A DNA stretch of 56,855 bases, taken from Cyanophora paradoxa CCMP329 (taxonomy: Eukaryota > Plantae > Glaucophyta). Location: positions 1-56,855 of the forward strand of contig QPMI01000699.1 in the NCBI GenBank assembly GCA_004431415.1, in the 5' to 3' direction. The notes under the pieces are model-generated. The model saw nothing but the letters and a program-made list of their open reading frames with translations. It was not told the DNA's origin and searched no databases. Positions 45,298 through 56,855 of the stretch are shown here, piece after piece. Position numbers and translations under genes: made by a program. Numbering within the stretch: position 1 is the first letter of the stretch; each line of letters starts with the position of its first letter.

Positions 45298-45650
45298 ATA
45301 TATATATTCCATGGGAAATGTCGAGATTCGAGGAGATAATGGGAATAATGTCAAAACCGGGCCCCGGCTCATCTCAGCAGAATTTCGCCAGAATCTTCGT
45401 GATTCTCGAGATTGTGCGCGAATTTCGGAGGAAATGTCAAAACCGGAAACCGCGTGGCTTCTCGCCGGAATCTCACCAGAATTTCGCCAGAATAATATCC
45501 GTGATTCTCGAGATTGTGCGCGAATTTCGGGGGAAATGTCAAAACCGGAAACCGGCGTGGCCCCGAATTCTCGCCGGAGTCTTTCCAAAATTCCGCCAGA
45601 ATATTCGTGATTCTCGAGATTGTGCGCGAATTCGGGGGAAAATGTCAAAA
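45298..45650 (+). repeat. Dispersed repeat, copy 2 (longer)
   Basis: Matches 38272-38600 and extends further. Confidence 0.9.
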
Positions 45651-45807
45651 TCGGCAAACGCTTTGGCCCGGCCCCGAGTTCGAATTCTCTCCCAAAACTT
45701 TATCGCCGGCCTCGCTCGTCGCGATTTTTCGCTCTCGCTCTTCTGTATTTTTTGTATTTCTGTAGTGTGTGTGCTCGAGTGTGATTTTCAAGAAGGACAG
45801 GGATGCA

Positions 45808-46565
45808 AGGCGGGGTGCGCCGCGGCGGGGCGGGGCGGGCAGGGGCCGGCGCGGGGCGCGATCCGGCCTGCGCGCGGGCGTCAGCGCGGCTCGCGGGGGG
45901 CGGGGGGGCGGCGGGGGCGGCACGGACCTGGCCTCAGCCCCGTCGGCGAGGCGGGGCGCGCCGCGGCGGGGCGGGGCGGGCAGGGGCCGGCGCGGGGCGC
46001 GATCCGGCCTGCGCGCGGGCGTCAGCGCGGCTCGCGGCGGACGGGGGGGCGGCGGGGGCGGCGCGGACCTGGCCTCAGCCCCGTCGGCGAGGCGGGGCGC
46101 GCCGCGGCGGGGCGGGGCGGGCAGGGCCGGCGCGGGGCGCGATCCGGCCTGCGCGCGGGCGTCAGCGCGGCTCGCGGCGGACGGGGGGCGGCGGGGCGGC
46201 GCGGACCTGGCCTCAGCCCCGTCGGCGAGGCGGGGCGCGCCGCGGCGGGGCGGGGCGGGCAGGGGCCGGCGCGGGGCGCGATCCGGCCTGCGCGCGGGCG
46301 TCAGCGCGGCTCGCGGCGGGCGGGGGGCGGCGGGGGCGGCGCGGACCTGGCCTCAGCCTCGTCGGCGAGGCGGGGCGCGCCGCGGCGGGGCGGGGCGGGC
46401 AGGGGCCGGCGCGGGGCGCGATCCGGCCTGCGCGCGGGCGTCAGCGCGGCTCGCGGCGGGCGGGGGGGCGGCGGGGCGGCGCGGACCTGGCCTCAGCCTC
46501 GTCGGCGAGGCGGGGCGCGCCGCGGCGGGGCGGGGCGGGCAGGGGCCGGCGCGGGGCGCGATCGG
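45808..46565 (+). repeat. GC-rich ~140-bp tandem repeat, ~5.5 copies
   Basis: ATCCGGCCTG at 45861, 46002, 46142, 46281, 46421. Confidence 0.9.
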
Positions 46566-46597
46566 CCAGGCCGCTGGCCAGTCGCTGAGTGCCCTAT

Positions 46598-47308
46598 AGG
46601 CCTACTGTGACAGCCGCGAGGGCGTCCGCGAGGCTTCGCCGTACTTAGTGCTCCGCAGGAGCACGGATCTTGTTAACCAGCCAAACCCCGGAATTACTAA
46701 ATATTTTTTTTTTTTTTTTAAAGATCTACGGTGGGCGTGCCCACTCGTAGTACACAACGAGGATACAAGGGGTCTTAATTATTACCTGAATTACAGTATA
46801 TACGTACTACGGTACTAGGCTAGAGCCGCTAGACTCGCCCGCTAGAGCCTCCATGTCGTCTTGTTGTTCCTCTTACTTGTCTTCTTCCTGTTATTTATCT
46901 TTCTCAATTTTGTCCCCCGCTTCTTAGTGATGTAATTCCTTCTGATATTGATGGTATCTCTCGCTCTGGCTCTTCTTCGTGTCAGTTATCCTCTGTCCCT
47001 AGATCTGCTCGATTTATCGTCTCTTCTCGCTATCGATCTGTCTCGAGCTCTGTGTCTTTCCTTTTTTATTGTCGATTTTGGCTCTTTGTCTTATCTTTCT
47101 TCGTGCTCTTGTCTTAGTTATTTTGCTTTTTTGTCTTTATGCCCCCTGGGCAGCCCCCGCAGTGCTGGTGTCTAGAGACTGTGGCCGGTAATTCACCAAA
47201 AAAAAATAGACTCGCCCGCTAGAGGCCTGAGGTACTACTGTAATTCAGGTAATAATTAAGACCCCAAAATGTTTAGTAATTCCGGGGTTTGGCCGGTTTA
47301 GTAGGCCT
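46598..47308. mobile_element. MITE-like element with interrupted terminal inverted repeats
   Basis: Inverted pairs 46675-46701/47272-47298 (26/27), 46769-46798/47236-47265 (30/30), and AGGCCTACT/AGTAGGCCT; pyrimidine-rich non-coding interior. Confidence 0.55.
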
Positions 47309-48296
47309 TAAATAATTAAGATTTGGCCGCGGAGCGCTTTAGTAGGCCCTGTGGGCTAGGCGCGCGCGAGGGCCGGGGGTGGGCTCGACGCCTGCGACGC
47401 CACGCGCTTCGAATTCTGCGCTCCCTTCGCGATCGGCGCCATGCATATGCTTCTCCCGCGCTGCGACTACAGCCGCGCCGACGCCACTGCGTTACGTACC
47501 CCCTTCGGGCCTCGGGTTTAATAGTATTAAAAACATTAGTACTCAGGCCTCAGAACTTTAGTACTATTAATATCCAACCTCTTAAATATTTCCTGCTTTA
47601 CAGTACGCGTACGGTAGTACCGGTTAGGGCTGCGCCCAGTGAGGTCCGCGGCTCACTTTGTGAGTGAGCTTTTTGCGTCCCACTCACTCAGTCCATGTAG
47701 TGAGCAGGGGGTACGTTTTCGTATACGCGAAAAACGACCTAAAACGACCCAGATTTCGCCGAGTTTTCAGGCGCTATGTGCCTTAACTGCCAGCTGTTTC
47801 CACGGGCTTCTAAAATGTCGAGACTCTGACAGGTCGTTTCGAATTTCAAATTGGTCATGGTCAGCATCGCGCGCGGTGCTGCTAGCGCTACGCTATACGC
47901 ATGTAGATCTGACTCAAAGTACCCCCAAATCGTTAGGTGGGGCGCCTGGGTCGTGATTTTATGGGGCCAGATACCCCCCCGCGCGGCGCGGGCTGAGGTC
48001 CAGCCTGCAGCCCACTGGCCTCATACATTTTTCTTTGTACGAGTGAGCCAAAATCCTCACTCAGTGAGTGGAGATCTCACTGATCTCACTGGACCCAGCC
48101 CTAGTACCGGTAGGTCGCCAGCGGGTGGCGGCTGAGCGCGCCTTCCGCTGCAGCTGCAGGCGCCGGCCGGCTGCGAACGGGGGCCCGGCGGCCAGCTCTG
48201 CCTCCAGGATCATCGGACCCAGCTCCCGGCCGCGGGATCATCGATCCTCTTTTATGCGGGAGGAGAATGACGAAATTTAGATGGGATTACGCGGCA

Positions 48297-51200
48297 ATGC
48301 TGCGAATGTTTGTAGTCTTCTCTGTGCTTGCAGCAGCCGCAGCGCAGAGTGCGTGTAGCGACGGGCTTCCTCTGGTTGCGGACGGAGAGGCTGGATGCAC
48401 GGCTACCGCGTGCAAGACGGAGCTGTTTTATGTACGCGAATTCTTCAAGTCTATGTTTTGACTATTTGCCGCAAACCATAACATATGCATGAACATACAG
48501 GTCGACACCGCGGCAAACACTTGCGTTTCGCAGTCCAGCTGCAATACAGCGGGGAAGGTCACCATCGTACGCGACTTTTTCCCCACCCGGCTTTTCTTGC
48601 CATTGGCAGCCGCCGCCCTGCCGTCGCTTCTCGCTGATTGACGGGCCCCCGGCCGGGGTCGAAATATAAATAAGGACGCCGATGACACTTGCGTGACCCC
48701 GTTCTGCTCCTCGGGCGACACCATCGCGACGGGGACCGTCTGCAACTCGGACGCCACCTGCAAGGCGGCGGACGGGCTCTACGTGCGCTCACTTACAGAG
48801 CGACTAGTCGGGATCCGCCTCCGTGGCGGGCACGTGTGCTGATTGAAGGCCGGCGCCCCTGCGCGGCAGGTGGACGCGACGGCTGGCAAGTGCGTGTCGA
48901 CGTGCGAGACGGCGGGGACGGTGCCCGTGGTGCGTAGTCGCTGAACTTTCGCTTTGCGTGTTGGCCGCCGGGCCGCTGCGCCTCCCCGCCTGTTGCTGAT
49001 CAATGGGGCCGCGGCGGGCCACACTTCATTGCCTATCAGACCGTGACGGAGACTTGCGAGATCGCTGCCTGTGCTGCGGGCGACGCCATCGCGACGGGGA
49101 CCGCCTGCAACTTGGAGGCCACCTGCAAGGCGACGGACGGGCTCTACGTGCGCTCACGTACAGAGCGACTAGTCGGGATCCGCCTCCGTGGCGGGCGCGT
49201 GTACTGATTGAGGGCCGGCGCCCCTGCGCGGCAGGTGGACGCGACGGCTGGCAAGTGCGTGTCGACCTGCGAGACGGCGGGGACGGTGCCCGTGGTGCGT
49301 AGCCGTTCATTCGCTTTGCGTGTTGGAATCTGCACTTCCTCACCCCCTTCTGATCAATGAGGGCTGGGCGGGCCCCACTAACAGACCACGACGGAGACTT
49401 GTGAGGTCGCCGTGTGCGCTGCGGGCGACACCATCGCGATGGGGACCGTCTGCGACTCGGACGCCACCTGCAAGGCGGCGGACGGGCTCTACGTGCGCTC
49501 TTGTGACGAGCGACTAGTCGGGACCCGCCTCGTCGGCGGGCGCGAGTACTGATTGAGGGCCGGCGCCCCTGCGCGGCAGGTGGACGCGACGGCGGGGAAG
49601 TGCGTGTCGACGTGCGAGACGGCGGGAACGGTGCCCGTGGTGCGTGGTCGCTGAACTTTCGCTTATCGTGTGGGCCACTGCGCCTCCCCGCCTCTTGCTG
49701 ATCAATGCGGCCGCGGCGGGCCACACTTTATTGCCTATCAGACAGACCGTGACGGAGACTTGCGAGGTTGCTGTGTGCGGTGCGGGCGACACCATCGCGA
49801 CGGGGACCGTCTGCGACTCGGACGCCACCTGCAAGGCGGCGGGCGGGCTCTACGTGCGCTCTCGTGATGAGCGACAAGCCGGGACCCGCCTCCTTGGCGG
49901 GCGGGTGTACTGATTGAGGGCGGCGCCCCTGCGCGGCAGGTGGACGCGACGGCGGGCAAGTGCGTGTCGACGTGCGAGACGGCGGGGACGGTGCCCGTGG
50001 TGCGTGGTCGCTGAACGTTCGCTTTGCGTGTTGGCCGCTGCGCCTCCCCGCCTCTTGCTGATCAATGGGGCCGCGGCGGGCCACACTTTATTGCCTATCA
50101 GACCGTGACGGAGACTTGCGAGATCGCTGCCTGTGCTGCGGGCGACACCATCGCGACGGGGACCGTCTGCAACTCGGAGCCACCTGCAAGGCAGCGGACG
50201 GGCTCTACGTGCGTTCACCTACAGAGCGACTAGTCGGGATCCGCCTCCGTGGCGGGCGCGTGTACTGATTTAGGGCCGGCGCCCCTGCGCGGCAGGTGGA
50301 CGCGACGGCTGGCAAGTGCGTGTCGACGTGCGAGACGGCGGGAACGGTGCCCGTGGTGCGTGGTCGCTGAACGTTCGCTTTGCGTGTTGGAATCTGCACT
50401 TCCTCACCCCCTTCTGATCAATGAGGGCTGGGCGGGCCCACTAACAGACCACGACGGAGACTTGTGAGGTCGCCGTGTGTGCTGCGGGCGACACCATCGC
50501 GACGGGGACCGTCTGCGACTCGGACGCCACCTGCAAGGCGGCGGACGGGCTCTACGTGCGCTCTCGTGTGAGCGCAAGTCGGGACCCGCCTCCGTGGCGG
50601 GCGGGTGTACTGATTGAAGGCCGGCGCCCCTGCGCGGCAGGTGGACGCGACGGCGGGCAAGTGCGTGTCGACGTGCGAGACGGCGGGGGGTCCCCTTGGT
50701 GCGTAGTCGCTCAACTTTCACTTTGCGTGTTGGCCGCTGCGCCTCCCCGCATCTTGCTGATCCATGGGGCCGTGGCGGGCCACACTTCATTGCCTATCAG
50801 ACCGTGACGGAGACTTGCGAGATCGCTGCCTGCGCTGCGGGCGACACCATCGCGACGGGGACCGTCTGCGACTCGGACGCCACCTGCAAGGCGGCGGGCG
50901 GGCTCTACGTGCGCTCTCGTGATGAGCGACAAGTCGGGACCCGCCTCCGTGGCGGGCGGGTACTGATTGAGGGCCGGCGCCCCTGCGCGGCAGGTGGACG
51001 CGACGGCTGGCAAGTGCGTGTCGACGTGCGAGACGGCGGGGACGGTGCCCGTGGTGCGTAGTCGCTGAATTTTTGCTTTGCGTGTTGGAATCTGCACTTC
51101 CTCACCCCCTTCTGATCAATGAGGGCTGGGCGGGCCCCACTAACAGACCACGACGGAGACTTGCGAGATCGCTGCCTGTGCTGCGGGCGACACCATCGCG

Positions 51201-54200
51201 ACGGGGACCGTCTGCAACTCGGACGCCACCTGCAAGGCGGGACGGGCTCTACGTGCGCTCACGTACAGAGCGACTAGTCGGGATCCGCCTCCGTGGCGGC
51301 GCGTGTACTGATTGAGGGCCGGCGCCCGTGCGCGGCAGGTGGACGCGACGGCGGGCAAGTGCGTGTCGACGTGCGAGACGGCGGGGACGGTCCCGTGGTG
51401 CGTGGTCGCTGAACGTTCGCTTTGCGTGTTGGCCGCTGCGCCTCCCCGCCTCTTGCTGATCATGGGGCCGTGGCGGGCCACACTTCATTGCCTATCAGAC
51501 CGTGACGGAGACTTGCGAGATCGCTGCCTGCGCTGCGGGCGATACCATCGCGACGGGGACCGCCTGCAACTCGGACACCACCTGCAAGGCGGCGGACGGG
51601 CTCTACGTGCGTTCACCTACAGAGCGACAAGTCGGGACCCGCCTCCGTGGCGGGCGCGTGTACTGATTGAGGGCCCGCGCCCCTGCGCGGCAGGTGGACG
51701 CGACGGCGGGCAAGTGCGTGTCGACGTGCGAGACGGCGGGGACGGTGCCCGTGGTGCGTGTCGTTGAACTTTTGCTTTGCGTGTTGGACTGTGCAATTCG
51801 TCACCCCTTCTGATCAATGAGGGCTGGGCGGGCCCACTAACAGACCACGACGGAGACTTGCGAGATCGCTGCCTGTGCTGCGGGCGACACCATCGCGACG
51901 GGGACCGTCTGCAACTCGGACGCCACCTGCAAGGCGACGGACGGGCTCTACGTGCGCTCACGTACAGAGCGACTAGTCGGGATCCGCCTCCGTGACGGGC
52001 GCACGTACTGATTGAGGGCCGGCGCCCGTGCGCGGCAGGTGGACGCGACGGCGGGCAAGTGCGTGTCGACGTGCGAGACGGCGGGGACGGTGCCCGTGGT
52101 GCGTGGTCGTTGAACTTTGCTTTGCGTGTTGGACTGTGCAATTCGTCACCCCCTTCTGATCAATGAGGGCTGGGCGGGCCCACTAACAGACCACGACGGA
52201 GACTTGCGAGGTTGCCGTGTGCGCTGCGGGCGACACCATCGCGACGGGGACCGTCTGCGACTCGGAGCCACCTGCAAGGCGGCGGACGGGCTCTACGTGC
52301 GCTCACGTACAGAGCGACTAGTCGGGATCCGCCTCGTGACGGGCGCGTGTACTGATTGAGGGCCGGCGCCCGTGCGCGACAGGTGGACGCGACGGCGGGC
52401 AAGTGCGTGTCGACCTGCGAGACGGCGGGGACGGTGCCCGTGGTGCGTGTCGCTGAACTTTCGCTTTGCGTGTTGGCCGCTGCGCCTCCGGCCTCTTGCT
52501 GATCAATGGGGCCCCGGCGGGCCACACTTTCTTGCACTATCAGACCACGACGGAGACTTGCGAGATCGCTGCCTGTGCTGCGGGCGACACCATCGCGACG
52601 GGGACCGTCTGCAACTCGGACGCCACCTGCAAGGCGACGGACGGGCTCTACGTGCGCTCACGTACAGAGCGACTAGTCGGGATCCGCCTCCGTGGCGGGC
52701 GCACGTACTGATTGAGGGCCGGCGCCCGTGCGCGGCAGGTGGACGCGACGGCGGGCAAGTGCGTGTCGACGTGCGAGACGGCGGGGACGGTGCCCGTGGT
52801 GCGTGTCGCTGAACGTTCGCTTTGCGTGTTGGCCGCTGCGCCTCCCCGCCTCTTGCTGATCATGGGGCCGTGGCGGGCCACACTTCATTGCCTATCAGAC
52901 CGTGACGGAGACTTGCGAGATCGCTGCCTGCGCTGCGGGCGACATCGCGACGGGGACCGCCTGCAACTCGGACACACCTGCAAGGCGGCGGACGGGCTCT
53001 ACGTGCGTTCACCTACAGAGCGACAAGTCGGGACCCGCCTCCGTGGCGGGCGCGTGTACTGATTGAGGGCCGCGCCCCTGCGCGGCAGGTGGATGCGACG
53101 GCGGGCAAGTGCGTGTCGACGTGCGAGACGGCGGGGACGGTGCCCGTGGTGCGTGGTCGTTGAACTTTTGCTTTGCGTGTTGGACTGTGCAATTCGTCAC
53201 CCCTTCTGATCAATGAGGGCTGGGCGGGCCCACTAACAGACCACGACGGAGACTTGCGAGGTTGCCGTGTGCGCTGCGGGCGACACCATCGCGACGGGGA
53301 CCGTCTGCGACTCGGACGCCACCTGCAAGGCGACGGACGGGCTCTACGTGCGCTCACGTACAGAGCGACTAGTCGGGATCCGCCTCCGTGACGGGCGCGT
53401 GTACTGATTGAGGGCCGGTGCCCCTGCGCGGCAGGTGGACGCGACGGCGGGCAAGTGCGTGTCGACGTGCGAGACGGCGGGGACGGTGCCCGTGGTGCGT
53501 GGTCGCTGAACGTTCGCTTTGCGTGTTGGCCGCTGCGCCTTCCCGCCTCTTGCTGATCATGGGGCCCGTGGCGGGCCACACTTCATTGCCTATCAGACAC
53601 GTGACGGAGACTTGCGAGATCGCTGCCTGCGCTGCGGGCGACACCATCGCGACGGGGACCGCTGCAACTCGGACGCCACCTGCAAGGCGGCGGACGGGCT
53701 CTACGTGCGTTCACCTACAGAGCGACTAGTCGAGATCCGCCTCCGTGGCGGGCGGTGTACTGATTGAGGGCCGGCGCCCCTGCGCGGCAGGTGGACGCGA
53801 CGGCTGGCAAGTGCGTGTCGACGTGCGAGACGGCGGGGATGGTGCCCGTGGTGCGTAGCCGTTGAACATTTGCTCGCGTGTTGGAATCTGCACTTCCTCA
53901 CCCCTTCTGATCAATGAGGGCTGGGCGGGCCCACTAACAGACCACCGACGGAGACTTGCGAGGTTGCCGTGTGCGCTGCGGGCGACACCATCGCGACGGG
54001 GACCGTCTGCAACTCGGACGCCACCTGCAAGGCGACGGACGCGGGCTCTACGTGCGCTCACGTACAGAGCGACTAGTCGAGACCCGCCTCGTCGACGGGC
54101 GCGCGTACTGATTGAGGGCCGGCGCCCCTGCGCGGCAGGTGGACGCGACGGCGGGGAAGTGCGTGTCGACGTGCGAGACGGCGGGACGGTGCCCGTGGTG

Positions 54201-56855
54201 CGTGGTCGCTGAGACGTTCGCTTTGCGTGTTGGCCGCTGCGCCTCCCCGCCTCTTGCTGATCAATGGGGCCGCGGCGGGCCACACTTTATTGCCTATCAG
54301 ACCGCGACGGAGACTTGCGAGATCGCTGCCTGTGCTGCGGGCGACACCATCGCGACGGGGACCGACTGCAACTCGGAGGCCACCTGCAAGGCAGCGGACG
54401 GGCTCTACGTGCGCTCACTTACAGAGCGACTAGTCGGGATCCGCCTCCGTGGCGGGCGCGTGTACTGATTGAGGGCCGGCGCCCCTGCGCGGCAGGTGGA
54501 CGCGACGGCGGGCAAGTGCGTGTCGACGTGCGAGACGGCGGGGACGGTGCCCGTGGTGCGTAGCCGCTGAACATTTGCGTTTGCGTGTTGGAATCTGCAC
54601 TTCTCACCCCCTTCTGATCAATGAGGGCTGGCGGGCCCCACTAACAGACCACGACGGAGACTTGCGAGATCGCTGCCTGCAGTGCGGGCGACACCATCGC
54701 GAACGGGGACCGTCTGCGACTCGGACGCCACCTGCAAGGCGACGGACGGGCTCTACGTGCGCTCACGTACAGAGCGACTAGTCAGGATCCGCCTCCGTGA
54801 CGGGCGCGCGTACTGATTGAGGGCCGGCGCCCCTGCGCGGCAGGTGGACGCGACGGCGGGCAAGTGCGTGTCGACGTGCGAGACGGCGGGACGGTGCCCG
54901 TGGTGCGTGTCGCTGAACGTTCGCTTTGCGTGTTGGCCGCTGCGCTTCCCCGCCTCTTGCTGATCAATGGGGCCGCGGCGGGCCACACTTTATGCCTATC
55001 AGACCGTGACGGAGACTTGCGAGATCGCTGCCTGCTGCGGGCGACACCATCGCGACGGGGACCGCCTGCAACTCGGAGCCACCTGCAAGGCAGCGGACGG
55101 GCTCTACGTGCGCTCACTTACAGAGCGACTAGTCGGGATCCGCCTCCGTGGCGGGCGCGTGTACTGATTGAGGGCCGGCGCCCCTGCGCGGCAGGTGGAC
55201 GCGACGGCGGGCAAGTGCGTGTCGACGTGCGAGACGGCGGGGACGGTGCCCGTGGTGCGTAGCCGCTGAACATTTGCGTTTGCGTGTTGGCTCTGCACTT
55301 CCTCACCCCCTTCTGATCAATGAGGGCTGGGCGGGCCCACTAACAGACCACGACGGAGACTTGCGAGATCGCTGCCTGCAGTGCGGGCGACACCATTGCA
55401 CGGGGACCATCTGCGACTCGGACGCCACCTGCAAGGCGGCGGACGGGCTCTACGTGCGCTCACGTACAGAGCGACTAGTCGGGATCCGCCTCCGTGGCGG
55501 GCGCGTGTACTGATTGAGGGCCCGCGCCCCTGCGCGGCAGGTGGACGCGACGGCGGGCAAGTGCGTGTCGACGTGCGAGACGGCGGGGACGGTGCCCGTG
55601 GTGCGTAGTCGCTGAACGTTCGCTTTGCGTGTTGGCCGCTGCGCCTCCGCCTCTTGCTGATCAATGGGGCCGTGGCGGGCCACACTTTCTCGCACTATCA
55701 GACCACGACGGAGACTTGCGAGGTCCGTGTGCACTGCGGCGACACCATCGCGACGGGGACTGTCTGCGACTCCGACGCAACCTGCAAGGCGGCGGACGGG
55801 CTCTACGTGCGCTCACGTCAGAGCGACTAGTCGGGACCCGCCTCGTCGGCGGGCGCGCGTACTGATTGAGGGCCGGCGCCCGTGCGCGGCAGGTGGACGC
55901 GACGGCGGGCAAGTGCGTGTCGACATGCGAGACGGCGGGGACGGTGCCCGTGGTGCGTAGTCGCTGAACTTTCGCTTTGCGTGTTGGCCGCTGCGCCTCC
56001 GGCCTCTTGCTGATCAGTGGGGCCGCGGCGGGCCACACTTTCTCGCACTATCAGACCGCGACGGAGACTTGCGAGATCGCTGCCTGTGCTGCGGGCGACA
56101 CCATCGCGACGGGGACCGTTTGCAACTCGGACGCCACCTGCAAGGCGACGGACGGGCTCTACGTGCGCTCACGTACAGAGCGACTAGTCGGGATCCGCCT
56201 CCGTGGCAGGCGCGTGTACTGATTGAGGGCCGGCCCCGTGCGCGGCAGGTGGACGCGACGGCGGGCAAGTGCGTGTCGACGTGCGAGACGGCGGGGACGG
56301 TGCCGTGGTGCGTAGTCGCTGAACATTCGCTTGCGTGTTGGAATCTGCACTTCCTCACCCCCTTCTGATCAATGAGGGCTGGGCGGGCCCCACTAACAGA
56401 CCACGACGGAGACTTGTGAGGTGCCGTGTGCACTGCGGCGACACCATCGCGACGGGGACCGTCTGCGACTCGGACGCCCTGCAAGGCGGCGGACGGGCTC
56501 TACGTGCGCTCACGTACAGAGCGACTAGTCGGGATCCGCCTCCGTGGCGGGCGCGTGTACTGATTGAGGCCGCGCCCCTGCGCGGCAGGTGGACGCGACG
56601 GCGGGCAAGTGCGTGTCGACGTGCGAGACGGCGGGGACGGTGCCCGTGGTGCGTAGTCGCTGAACGTTTCGCTTTGCGTGTTGGCCGCTGCGCCTCCGCC
56701 TCTTGCTGATCATTGGGGCCGTGGCGGGCCACACTTTTTCGCACTATCAGACCACGACGGAGACTTGTGAGGTGCCGTGTGCATGCGGGCGACACCATCG
56801 CGACGGGACTGTCTGCGACTCCGACTCAACCTGCAAGGCGGCGGACGGGCTCTAC
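48297..56855 (+). CDS. Secreted/surface Cys-Thr-Ala-rich repeat protein encoded by ~24 tandem two-exon units (runs off window)
   Basis: Signal peptide MLRMFVVFSVLAAAAAQ; exons 48297-48431, 48501-48566, 48675-48782; then alternating 60-nt (VDATAGKCVSTCETAGTVPV) and 108-nt (TVTETCEIAACAAGDTIATGTVCNSDATCKAADGLY) phase-0 exons separated by GTGCG...CAG introns; period ~350 bp. Confidence 0.85.

Noticed and set aside
38272-45650. LTR retrotransposon
   Set aside because: The direct repeats lack TG...CA ends, PBS and TSD, and there is no gag/pol between them.
42483-46610. Long R/G/A-rich ORFs (up to 507 aa)
   Set aside because: Products of stop-poor GC tandem repeats, open in several frames on both strands.

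Overview
GC-rich eukaryotic (probably algal/protist) genomic DNA with nested layers. (1) <1-~29,375: an endogenous small Nucleocytoviricota-like virus. It encodes an HUH rolling-circle endonuclease, VLTF3, an A32 packaging ATPase, a RuvC/A22 resolvase, an NCLDV-type double-jelly-roll major capsid protein, a DUF5767-like protein, an SSB and the C-terminal remnant of a D5-like helicase. No polymerase or integrase is visible. This gene set matches mriyaviruses (Yaravirus/Gamadviridae-like 'dwarf' NCLDVs). Its genes share an ATTT(T)C promoter-like motif, and it has an iteron/AT-rich origin-like region at 12.8-14.2 kb. (2) 14,712-25,900: an 11.2-kb non-coding, foldback-like transposon inserted into a viral ORF, with 37-bp TIRs, a 6-bp TSD, ~2.5-kb inverted arms and a central 348-bp satellite. 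(3) 29,376-37,290: a 7.9-kb module bounded by two 55-bp palindromic direct repeats. It encodes convergent helicases, a D5-like SF3 helicase with >=10 spliceosomal introns and an apparently intronless UL9-like SF2 helicase, and is followed by a degenerate HNH endonuclease. (4) 38-57 kb: host-like DNA with a GT23/FUT8-like glycosyltransferase gene, satellites, a MITE-like element, and a secreted Cys-rich protein gene built from ~24 tandem exon-intron units. Many ORFs carry 1-bp frameshifts, which could be decay or long-read error. All family assignments come from motif recognition by eye, not from database searches.
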